Part shown: positions 1 through 11,700 of the stretch, piece after piece
Numbering within the stretch: the stretch's first letter is position 1
Layout of the letters: each line of letters opens with the position of its first letter
Assembly: GCF_964355755.1 (NCBI RefSeq)
Contig: NC_092673.1
Span: 21,449,648-21,513,647, forward strand
Direction of reading: 5' to 3'
DNA length: 64,000 nt
Source of the DNA: Antedon mediterranea
Taxonomy: Eukaryota > Animalia > Echinodermata
Position numbers and translations under genes: made by a program
Notes under the pieces: model-generated
What the model was told of the DNA's origin: nothing
Databases searched by the model: none
The model's input: the letters and a program-made list of their open reading frames with translations, nothing else

Positions 1-840
1 GCTGTGCTGTTTCCTTTCTGTTTCTCATCAATCCATCGCTGTAAACAAACTTGATGAACCCATTTGGTTGTTCCTTTACATCTACAAGGTCTTGTCCATT
101 TTGCTGTCATATCATCTTCATCGGTGGCAAAACACACCCAACAACTTCTCCTATAATCATAATTATGCAATGTATATTAATTATCAACCGAAACTCCATG
201 TTTGAGTATTTGAAAGATGTATTGTCTACCAAAAACATAAAAAATAGAAAAATTAATAAAGTAAGATTTTTGCAATTTTAATCAAGTTTGTTTGTTTGTT
301 TGTTTTTTTATTTCCATTCACAACAAAATAAAACCATTAACATACATAAATATTCATTACAAAAATGAAAGAATGGAAAGGGGGAATCTCTGAAGCACAG
401 CAGCTTATAAGTAGAAACCCCCTGTTACAAAACAGTTTATAAATAGTAATATGAAATAAAGTTATTCACTTCTGTAGAAAAAATCCACAAAAATAATGAT
501 TTCACATTAAAAAAACGGTTAATTTTAACCAAAAATCATTGTCTGACAGACAATTTAGGTATTTTTTACTTTAAATTACATTTTTATCAGGAGAATAATT
601 TTTTTTTTTCGTCCAGTTTTTGGTCAAAGATAACCATTATGTGACATTAAAATGGCATATTAAAAAATTATTTTTTTAGGGGGACAATATCTTTGATACT
701 GTGCGTTTAAATGTGTGTACAGTAGATTAAAAGGAGTCTGAATAGTACATGTGATCTTACCTATCATCCCTGCTCAATCTCTTAGCAACAGGTGAATGAC
801 TTACTTCTCCCGTACTTGTTGCAATAGGAGCATTTTCCAT
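1..840 (-). CDS. MARCHF5: E3 ubiquitin ligase MARCHF5 (MITOL), 5' part; coding exons 840-761 and 150-<1, continues beyond window
   Basis: Spliced translation MENAPIATSTGEVSHSPVAKRLSRDDR|RSCWVCFATDEDDMTAKWTRPCRCKGTTKWVHQVCLQRWIDEKQKGNSTA matches the RING-CH domain of human MARCH5 (RSCWVCFATDEDDRTAEWVRPCRCRGSTKWVHQACLQRWVDEKQRGNSTA). Phase-2 GT-AG intron 760-151. Probable non-coding exon ending near 1286 (donor GTAAG) and acceptor at 876. Confidence 0.93.
213..693. mobile_element. Kolobok-like MITE (AGATGTATTGTC...GGGGACAATATCT) interrupted by a LINE-tail-like insert (~288-460)
   Basis: Homologous to copies at ~5620-5869 and ~19530-19872 (shared AGTTATTCACTT, CCAGTTTTTGGTCAAAG). The insert begins with (TTTG)n. 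Confidence 0.55.
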
Positions 841-1285
841 TTCAAAATCCTCTGATCCCCTGTTTCCAACTTGTCACTACAAACAAGGAAGTCCAAATAA
901 GTGAATGCATTTTTAAAATAATATCATCAATCAGGCCTAGAAAGTGTAACTATTAGTATTATTAATAATATGCAAGCCATGATTACTTTTATATTTCTAT
1001 AAATAATTAATTAGGCCTAGGCTTGAACCGAATAAGGTTCAGTTGGTAAGTATGACTAGCTAGGCTACTCTATCTAAGCCTAGGCCTAGGTCCTCTAGCT
1101 TACGTAGCCAAAGCCTCTTTTTGATGCCTACCTAGGCCTAGCCGTATGAAGAGAGAAGAGGCTTGGCCTAGAAATGAATAAAGGCCTATATGCAACACTT
1201 CTAGAAGCTTAAATACAACGGACCTAGGCAACTATTAACTAATATTATTAATATATTAGTAAAAATACAAATGAAATCTGCTTAC

Positions 1286-2762
1286 TACTTAAAATTAAAG
1301 GAGTTTTTTGGTAAACCGCAGCTCTTTACTACAACTTCAGCAGTTGATTCTTGACCCTACTTTTTTACGTCTTCTGATCACATGCTGCCTACGTCATTAT
1401 AAATACGATTTTAAAATTTCAATACTAATTAGTATTCCCCTTCAAAAAAAACTTTAAATCAGCACGAAACACATAAAAACGAGTCTAGTCAAGAATAATT
1501 TTTTTTTAAATACAACAAGAAAATGATTAAAAATATAAAACAATTTTAAGTATTACAGTCAATAATCGAAAAGCAAATTGTTTTTCAAACTAAAATTATT
1601 ACTGTAGTGTAGGTATTTTGTTTGTTCGTATGTTGATGGTCTAAATGATTTTATTTATTTATTATTATTATTTGTGTATTTTTTTTATTATTTTTCTTTT
1701 CTTTTTTGACAAAAATTACCAAGCATGGAGGTATTATACCTCCACATATACCAAGTAACTTGAACTTCTTCTAGATTTAATTTCATCTGTTGCATCGATT
1801 TTAACATTTTAAAATAGGTACAGCTGATCGCAAAGCGGAGAAAACGTTTTATGGCAGATTTCTAATTGTCTCATGACATAAAAAAGCAAGCAAACATATA
1901 TCGGAATTTGTATTTATAATAAGATTATATATTTTATTTTATTTTAATTTTTTCATCAAAAACCAACAGCAACGACAGTTGCCACTTAAAGGTGGTATGA
2001 AAATACAGAAAACCGATACAATAAATACTCAAAATCAAATAAGTTAAAACTGCCTCAATATAAGTTTATTTTTACGACATGTTTCTGGCATAGCCCATCA
2101 TCAGGGGAAGAGAATTGTAACAAAGGATAACATGTCGTAAAAATAAACTAATATTGAGGCAGTTTTACCTCATTTGATTTTGATTTTTTTCTATATCCTG
2201 CCTATGCAGCTCTTTGATTTATACAATAAATACTCTATGTATGAAGCAAACTTAACACACATATGTTAAAATAGTAAATAAGATTATTGCTTAGTAAAAA
2301 ATTGTTTGATGAATTGTATGATGATTCGAGAAGGAAAATATCCAAATTTCAATCTATACTGTATATGATATCCAAAAGCACATCCTACAATACAACGTAG
2401 CATTCTTTTTCGATTTTCCGGGGGTGGTTTTATTAAAATACTAGCTTTTTTGTATTGTTAAAAAATTGGGTGGTGGGAGATCCGGTCGAAAGAATTGAAA
2501 GAGTCATAACTTAATTGGTGGCGCACTTCATTTAGTCACGGCAAAAAACCAACAGCAGCAATCAATTTACTTTGTCATCTTTTTGCCGACATTTCTGTGT
2601 GTGAATGTCTCGACGAAGAAGTGTTTACCCCTAAATAGAAGCCGTAGATCTAGAGGAAATACCAGTTTATTATTCTCGATAAAAGTGTCATCCAAAACGT
2701 ATACTTATCTAGGAGTGTAACAATTTGAATTTATAGACTATTGTACAATATTTTATATTAAA
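1286..2762. promoter_or_regulatory. Divergent promoter and 5'UTR interval between MARCHF5 (-) and beta-TrCP (+)
   Basis: Head-to-head gene arrangement; CRE half-site TACGTCA near 1390; relatively CpG-richer segment near 2480-2620. TSSs are not directly visible. Confidence 0.55.
2016..2235 (-). mobile_element. Penelope-like relic: inverted repeat plus minimal hammerhead-like motif, flanked by 15-bp direct repeats
   Basis: Arms ~2029-2082 and ~2129-2183. Minus strand reads CTGATGA-TGGGCTATGCCA-GAAACATGTC. ATACAATAAATACTC occurs at 2016-2030 and 2221-2235. Confidence 0.6.
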
Positions 2763-5700
2763 ATGATTAGTTTAGCGGACATTGAAGATGAGAGTATGCA
2801 AGAACTTCCTGATGGAATGGTGAGTATTGGCATGGTACGAGTTGTCCATTATTTTTGCTAGGACAGGATCGGTTGTTGTTTTTTTAAGTGTTATAAGATG
2901 GATGTTGTTGACAAAACATAGGCCTAGCCCAATTTTATCATTTATTATATAAATCCTAGGCCTAGTGTTCTTTACAAAATAGACAGGCTTACATAAATAA
3001 CTTGTAGGTTTTGATTCATATTCATTATTTGATATTTATACAACCAATCCAACAAAAAAGTAGCCAAGCAAAACATCATCATGAATGGAGAAGAGAAGGA
3101 ATGAATGGATGCCAATGAATGTAATGCCTACACAGTACATAGTGCTATTAGGCCTACTCTACTATAGCCTATTGATAACCATTTATGCTGCCTTTGATGA
3201 AAATAAATAATATTTTGACACGTCTAATCAAATGACATGATTTTGTGAAGACCAGTATATGGTGACAATATATTAAATACAATACAATGATTTTATTGTT
3301 CTTATTGATCATGACGTTATTTGATTGAATTAAAAAATATAATATTTTTATCAAAAAGGGAGGAAAAACAGTTATCATTATTCTAGAATGAATGTATTTC
3401 AAAAAAATGTATGTTTTTCTTTTACTGTTGATCGTTATTGTCCTAGTGTGTAGCAGACTTTAAGCCTACAGTATGGACGTTTTGTTTTCAGTTTTTTGTT
3501 GAAGGATTTGTGACCTGATGAGAAATTCCCTTCATTAAATAATCGTAGGCCAGGGTGGAGGAATTACGCATTTGTTCTCATACAGCACCTCTCCAAGTTT
3601 TGGTGCGGGCTGGGACTTTAGATAACCTTTAAATATTTTACATTATGCAAACTCTCGGCACATCGCTTCAACTAGCTACTCATGGTTGACATACCATAAT
3701 CTTTCTTGTTTACAGATATATTTACATTTAAACAAGTACAGTATGCTAATATTGATGACATACAAAAATATGTTTTTATGTTGTATTATCGTTTAAAAAA
3801 CAAACAAAATATGAACGTAGATACTCTAGAGGCTAGACACATAGTGTATACAGGTACAGTAGTACATTTATACACATTACTCTATAGGCTGGAAATGAAC
3901 TACATTCATCAAACATGACCTTTAAAAAGCCATATTTATACTCTGTCAGGTCAATGACCAACTGTACTAGGTTGTGTAGGAAATCTGATAAGGTTTAGTA
4001 GTTGAAATAAAATGCAATTTTTACTGTGATTTTGACTACATAAAATGCCAAATATATTCATAAATCTGGTAAACAGCTGTTTCCTACAGTATACAGTAAC
4101 AATAGTTATCAACACCAACTTGTTTTCCTCTTGATAATAATCTGTACTAACAGCCAGCCCTCCCAGTATCCGCAGCCTTCAAATGATATTATAGAAATTT
4201 ACATAATCAAATTTACTATTTGTTTATTTTAGACAAGTATAAGGCCTCAACATTATAATAAAGTAATAATAGTTATCAACACCAACCTGTTTTCTTCACG
4301 ATTAAAAATCTGTACAGCTAGCTCTCCAAGTATCTGCATCCTTCAAAATACCTGTATATAGATTGACATAATAAAATGAACTATTTATTTGTTATTTTAG
4401 ACAAGTATAAGGCCCGTTTCAAAACTAAAGGAAAACACACCGGAATTTAATGAAGAAAAAGACAAGTGCCTAAAATATTTTGAACAATGGAACGAAACAG
4501 AACAATTAGAATTTGTAGAACATCTAATCACACGCATGTGTCACCATCAACATGGACAAATTAATTCCTATTTAAAGCCTATGTTACAAAGAGATTTCAT
4601 CACCGCATTACCAAGTAAGTATTTCTTATTAATATTTCCTCAACCAAATTGTGTGTTAAATATTTTATTGTGGACAGACGAACGGGTGCCGTTTTGTGGC
4701 AGCACTCGACACGAAAGGACCCTTAGAGGAGTAGAAGGGTGTGGATGTATCCACACCTGTGCGCAATTCAGCCCAGTGGGCTGCAAGTCACAAGTTATTC
4801 TCCCATTTACATTGATTAATTATTTGTACAGTACAATGCTTCAGGTAATAGAGTGGCATACACATCAACTTTCCATGCTCATATTTTAACATACACAATA
4901 CTGTTGTATTTGTGCTGATAACATACTGTTACAGTAAGATTTTTCTGTACTGATTATCTCTTTTATTTTAATTAAATCAGATAAGATCTTCTATAATTTG
5001 TCATTTTGACGAATCAAATTCTACATCTACAGTAGTTAATTATTACCAATACCATCCATAAGTTCTGAGAAAAAAGTTTAATAATTGGTCATGGCCGTAT
5101 ATTTTGTGAACTTATCAAAAGTGCACAAGGTGGTAGGTAAATGTGTGTAACATTCTTAACTGAGAGATTTCCTAGAAAATTATTATAATTTGATGCTTTC
5201 TATTAGTAATTGTATGCAATATACAGTAGGCACACATCATAGTGATAACTTGAATGATATTCAAGGTTACTGTATCCATAATGTTTTTAATTAAATAATT
5301 TTTTTTTTATGGTTTATGTTTAATTCGGCAGATATGAGATAGATGTAGTTTGTTGTGAAGAAAAGAATTTAGCAATTTCATTATCTAATTCATATTTGTT
5401 GGTATACTTACACAATGAGACCCATTTTGATGGGAATCTTGGGGCAGCGAATGCAGGTTTGGCGGTAGAGAGAGTCCCTATGAATAAAGTTCAATATGAT
5501 TCTATCCACTGGCTGTACAATATATTGTGTTCATGACAATTTTTTTTTTTACATTTTTATAAATTTACACCAAATTTAACTAAAGCCAAGAATTGTATAT
5601 TTTTAAAATGGGATTTTATTAAAGATGTATAAAATAAATCAGATTTTGAATAGGCCATTTTGCAGTTTTAATAGCTATTCACTTCTGTAGAAAAAAAAAT

Positions 5701-8700
5701 CAACAAAAATAAATATTTTACTTATTTAAAAAAAACAAACAAAAGAAATGATTAATATTAAATATATCATATATTAAATATTTTTGGCTTTAAGTTTTTT
5801 AAAGAAAATAGTTTCTTTTTGATCCAGTTTTTGGTCAAAGTGAATAATAAAAAGGCAATATATCTTTAAATGTTTTTATGCAAGATAAATGTATCCTGTC
5901 ACATTGCATTTTGTATTATGACTATTGATAATACAAACATTAGGTTATTGTTACAGATATACAGTAAGACTATTACAAACAGATCTTAATGTATCATGTT
6001 TGCTGAACTATTGCATTGTATTACAGAGAAAGGCTTAGATCATATAGCAGAAAGCATCTTATCGTACCTTGACGCCAAGTCATTATGCGCCGCAGAATTA
6101 GTTTGCAAGGAATGGTACCGTGTAATCTCAGATGGCATGCTATGGAAAAAATTAATAGAACGAATGGTGCGGACAGATACCCTGTGGAGGGGTTTGTCGG
6201 AAAGAAAAGGATGGTAAGATTATAATATACAAAAATTTTTATTTTATTTTTATTTAATTCAATCGAAACCAAAAGTGATCATTACTGTACCGCCACTACC
6301 GGTTTGATACAAACGAAGCCAGGACTGTTTAAAGCACATTGATCAAGGGCTTCTCTCGTTCAGTGCCCACCTTCAATCAACAGAGGAAAGGCAGATACTA
6401 GATTGATATTATCCTGTTTTGACGCAATCAATTTTGCTATCAACATCTGAACCAAGCTTACAGTAATTTCAAGTGTTAATATTAGCCATGATTTGTTGCT
6501 TTTAAGTCTACTGTACCAGTCAATTTATGGATAAAATGAAATTCTGAACCCCATGAACTTTCAAACAATGTATTCATTCATTCAACATTTACATGAAACC
6601 TGAATGAGGATATAGATTGTACAATAAAAATTTGAGAATTTGATGTGATTTCCATGGTCTACTAAGTTTCTTTTTTTCTTAGCAACAGTTGCTACCATAC
6701 AGCTATATGTTTACCTTTAGATTTTCAATGCTGGTTTTTGCAAATGTAATTAACAATTTTACTGGCCAGCTGATCCATCTCGTTAAGTTGTGCTGTGATT
6801 TGGTCGTTAGTTTATCTTTATTCAGCATCATGAGTTGTCTTCTAATTACCTCCAATTACAAACTGACGGCCATCTTAAGTTCCATATAATTAAATAGAGT
6901 AGGCATACAGTACCTATCCCAAGAAATCCCTGGTAGAAGCTTACTGTTAATTTTAAAATGGCTGGATTTATGTAATATAGCCCCCACAAGAGTTATTTTT
7001 GCTCCTATGGTACCATAGAAGGAAAAAAGGTATAGTCATGCAGTACAGTAGTACAGACAACTACTCTCAATACACGTGGCCTATATCCCATACGTGGGTA
7101 ATTTACTGTCCCAAGACGACGTATATGGGTTGACTTTTGGGGATCACTGAATAGCACTTTGTAAATTTTTTGGAAGGCCAAAACATTTCTTGTAACAATA
7201 AAACCAACAATTGCTTAAAGTTACAGTTAAAAAAATGTATTTTGCATTTTTCCTAAACCTATTAAGAATACCTTATTTAGCCTAAGTCGCTTTGGGTAGA
7301 AACCTTGCGTCTTTAAAGTGAGTTTGGGACGTTTTGGTCCTTACGATAAATGTCTGCTTTTAGGAGAGTATACTTTCACATTTAGATTTAGGATATGAAT
7401 CAGGATCATGCTGTGGGCATGACATGTTGATTCCATTTACAGTACGTAGTTTAATCAGGATTTGTACAGTATTTTCATATAACAGAAATGGAAAAATGTG
7501 TTTTCATTTAAATGGAAACACACACACTTTAGGAAATTCATGCAACATTAAAATAATTATTTACTGTATTGTAAATATAAAATTCATTACATTTCAATGT
7601 ACTGTAAGTAATCAATAATGGTTTTTTTTTCAGGTGTGCATATTTGTTCAAAGGAAAGCATGGAGAAACTCCAAAACCGAATTCATTCTTTCGTACACTT
7701 TATCCCAAAATTATAGGCAATATTGAGGTAAGTCACCACCTTTTCCCACTTTCGTTTTAGAATGTAAGGTGGTCTAGGCTTATTATTATATTATATTATT
7801 ATTATTATATATTATACGTATTATACACCTTTTTGCTTGTGTGATCAATGCACATTCATCTACTGTAAAGCCTTGTCTATAGTATCAAACTTTATGCCGA
7901 CCAAAAAATGTGATGTGCCCACATATGAACATGATGATGTCATATCACTACCAAATTTAGGAATATCACTACCATATTTAGGCATATCACTACCATATTT
8001 AGGCATAACTAGTTTGATACTGTAGACAGAGCTTTACACTCCTGAACCGAAATGTGGCTTTTGTATAAGGAATAATCTTTATAATTTCTCTGTTAGTGCA
8101 GTTCACGTTTTATAAATTGATTTATAAATTGGGGATAATTAGAAATGGCTTGTCAGGATGCCACGCCTTTGTCAAAATTGATTAAATAACAGAATATTTA
8201 TTCATGATTCTTGTTCATTTAGTAAATTACAAAATGATTATTCATGTTATACAATTTCCTTTTTATCCCCAATGTTAATAAATACGATTACCTGTCCCAA
8301 TCAAGTCATTAATTTAAATACTCTTGTATATCATTTTTTAAATTGGAGTAAAATGGTGAACTACAGTACAGAAAGAAATTACTGCTTCGTATCTACGCGT
8401 AGGCTTTCGTAGGTAGATCGTAGGTAGAACGTAGGTCATTGTTCTCTCCTACGATGTATTGTTTGTAGCCTACGATGTATTGTTTGTAGCCTACGATGTA
8501 TTGTTCTCTCCTACGATGTATTGTTCGTAGCCTACGATGTATTGTTCTCTCCTACCTACGATGTATTGTTCGTAGCCTACGATGTATTGTTATGAAATCT
8601 AGGCTACGCCTCGATCGTAGGGTGGTTCGTAGAAGCATGGACAATGCAAACAAACAATGTATTGTTTGCTAATTAAAATCCTACAAAGATTAGTAGGTCA

Positions 8701-11700
8701 ATTTTTGTAGCCGCCCTACGCATCGGTTATCCTAATTTGGACGGAAATCCGCCGACGAAACGACATCGGGCCGGTGGACTTCAGCTCACGTAGAGAGAGT
8801 CGAGGCTAGGCCTAGCCTGTTTCGGCGGCCTACACTATAAATTATTTAATTTATTTCTACCTTGTTGGGTTCGCGAATTATAAAAACAACGACACCTAGG
8901 CTAGGACACCAACAAAATATATGCAAAATAAATATATATCCCATATTAAGATTTAACATACATAAATAGGCCTTTTAAAATGATTACAACATGTATAAAG
9001 AAAAAGGCCCAACCAGAATTTGGAGGGGAAAAACATGTGAGCTGAGCAGTTTAGAGAGAGTATTATGTTTCATGTCATGTGACACAAAATCCAGGTACAC
9101 GATCTTAATTACTGTTTTATCGTCGTTAGACGGTAGCCACCCTCTCGTAGAGCTCGTACTGAGTAAAAAAAACATGTGAGAGATTGCGGTAAGCAGAGAG
9201 TATCGCGTTTCATGCCATGTGACCAAAAAAAAACTAGGTCTGTATTAATTACGGTCTTCTGTCGGCAGTCTTTTTGAGCGACCGATTGAACGTCCTGATG
9301 CTATATTTAGAATGAATTGTTTACGATCTTTTTTTCTCTGCATCGTTTCTGGATGGGACGTTCGCTATATTATGTTTATGTTGGCCTGTTCGTTGCGGTT
9401 CACCTGTGTTGGATCGTGTCTCTCTTATTATACATAGTGGGAAATTTATATTTATATTCGCCGTTGAGTAGGTAAACACGCACGAAGGAAAATATTACGA
9501 TTAAAAAATATTATTTATTTTTTATTAATTTACAACTTTGTCCTCCGCCAATTAAATTTAACACATTAATTTCACACCTTACTTCACTAAGAACATCGTA
9601 GGGTTGTTTATTTAGGTTACGAACTCCCTACGAAGTTCAGAACGTAGCTCATTGAAAGTTGTTTATTGAGGTTACGAAGCCAAACAATGGAACCTACGAA
9701 GCCAACAACGTAGCCTACGTTCTATCTACGAAGCTACTTCGTAGGTAAAGTTGCAGTATTTTCTTTCTGTACTGTATGACATTCCTAAAATACAGTAAAG
9801 TATATTATCAGTGAAGATGCTTTATATCTATCTATCCCACTCTATCTACCTATTTACCTAAGTTTGTAATTCCCCGAAACCTTGAAATACCAGAATGGTC
9901 TCTGGCGGGGTTTAGTTTTTTACGAACCCTGAAACCAGTTATAGAAATACCGGGATGGTGTCCGGCGGGGGATAGCTTCACCATATACTGTAGTTTAAGT
10001 TCTATTTATTTGTTGTTAGCTGTAATCGTTCAATTCATTTCAATGTAAACGGTTTTTATATATTTTACAAATGACAATTAATTTACTTACTTATTTACTT
10101 ATCTCAATTTTCAATTCAATTTTATTACCTACTGATGAAAACAATCATAAACAGACATACAATATTAAATAGACACAGTGCAGTTGTTGTAATGTTACCT
10201 GGGAGGGCAGAAAATGGGTTAATATTAACATTATAGGCAAGAGCGAATCGGCTGTCCGACACGAAGGTTAAAAGAAACCTTTAATAGAGGTCATACCATC
10301 GCTTACGGTTTTTAGCTGTACATCTCTTAACTCTATGGGCCTGTTTCTGCTGAGCAGAAATAATCGATTATTAACCGTTTATTTTTTTAATCGATTATTT
10401 TTGGGCAGCAGAAACGGCGCAAAATAAAATAACCGATTAAAAATAACCGATTAAAAACACTCAATCCATTGCGTGTTTTAATCGATTATTTCTTGTTTTA
10501 ACCGATTATTGCGGAGCAGTTTTGAGCTGCAACACAAATTGCGATTATTGACCTCACTTTGACCTCTAGAGTATGACAAACTTATTCACGTCACAAAGCA
10601 TGCTGTTTATTTGCGCGATATCGACGACAATCAGCAAAACCACGATCGCGATGTAGGGTAGACCGAATAACAATCAAATGTTAAACATTTTATTTTTATT
10701 ATTTTGTGGGGGAGAATTATACCGAGAGACTCCGGGATTCTGTGTTACAAGTACACCCGTTACATACCACCAGTTCAGGCTAACGATGTTTTACATGTCA
10801 TTTGTTAGGCCTGTTGTCTGTTGACTTGTTTCGGTAGAAATATATAGCCTCTAGGCCTAGCAGGCCGAAGGTAGAACCAACGAACGGCGAAACAAACTTT
10901 TTTTGCCGACGTGTCCTTATTAATATAACATCATTATTCTGTTGTATGTGGTACGGTAGTAGGCCTAGATGTTTATTTTACAAATAATATAGCTTTACGT
11001 AAGAGTAATTTTTAATCGTAGGTCTACATGTGAGAGTTTTAGGCAGCGATAGGATGTAAACAAACCAACTCTCATCGGCCTTTCATAACTTGAACTGCGC
11101 TGTGGGGGAATGATGACATGATTTTAAAAACCGATTACCTGAATAACCGATTAAAGTCGTAGCAATTTTCAATTGCAACGCGATTATTTTTGTGGTTTGC
11201 GGTGACTGGAAAAAATCGATTATTTTGATTTTTTCAGCAGAAACAGACCCTATGTCACCAAGTGTTTTAAGGTTAACATTTCTGCTGTTCAGATTTTTTT
11301 TAAGGATAGTTAGTAAATTACATTAAGTTGACACGTCCTTTAAAATCATTTGAAAAAACCACCGCAAAAACTAATGAGGAATATGACTGAAAATAAATAA
11401 ATAATGTTGATTATTAAGGATAAAAGTGTGCAATTTATCATTAGGGTTGCTATAGAATCAAGACACTACTCTTCATCACTCTGGATTATATCAAGGAAGT
11501 CGCTGCCAAAACTCTTAAATCTTCAAGTATTATTAACTTCATCCTCGATAATCTTGGTTTTTAATTCTCTGTTCTCGAAGACAAAAACACATTTCACAGA
11601 GTTTAAAACAATACTGTGTATTAACATGGCCGTATCCAGCATGAGGCAGATTTCCTCGTCTGAAATTTTCAATTTTCTCACCCACGCCAATTCCCCAGCT

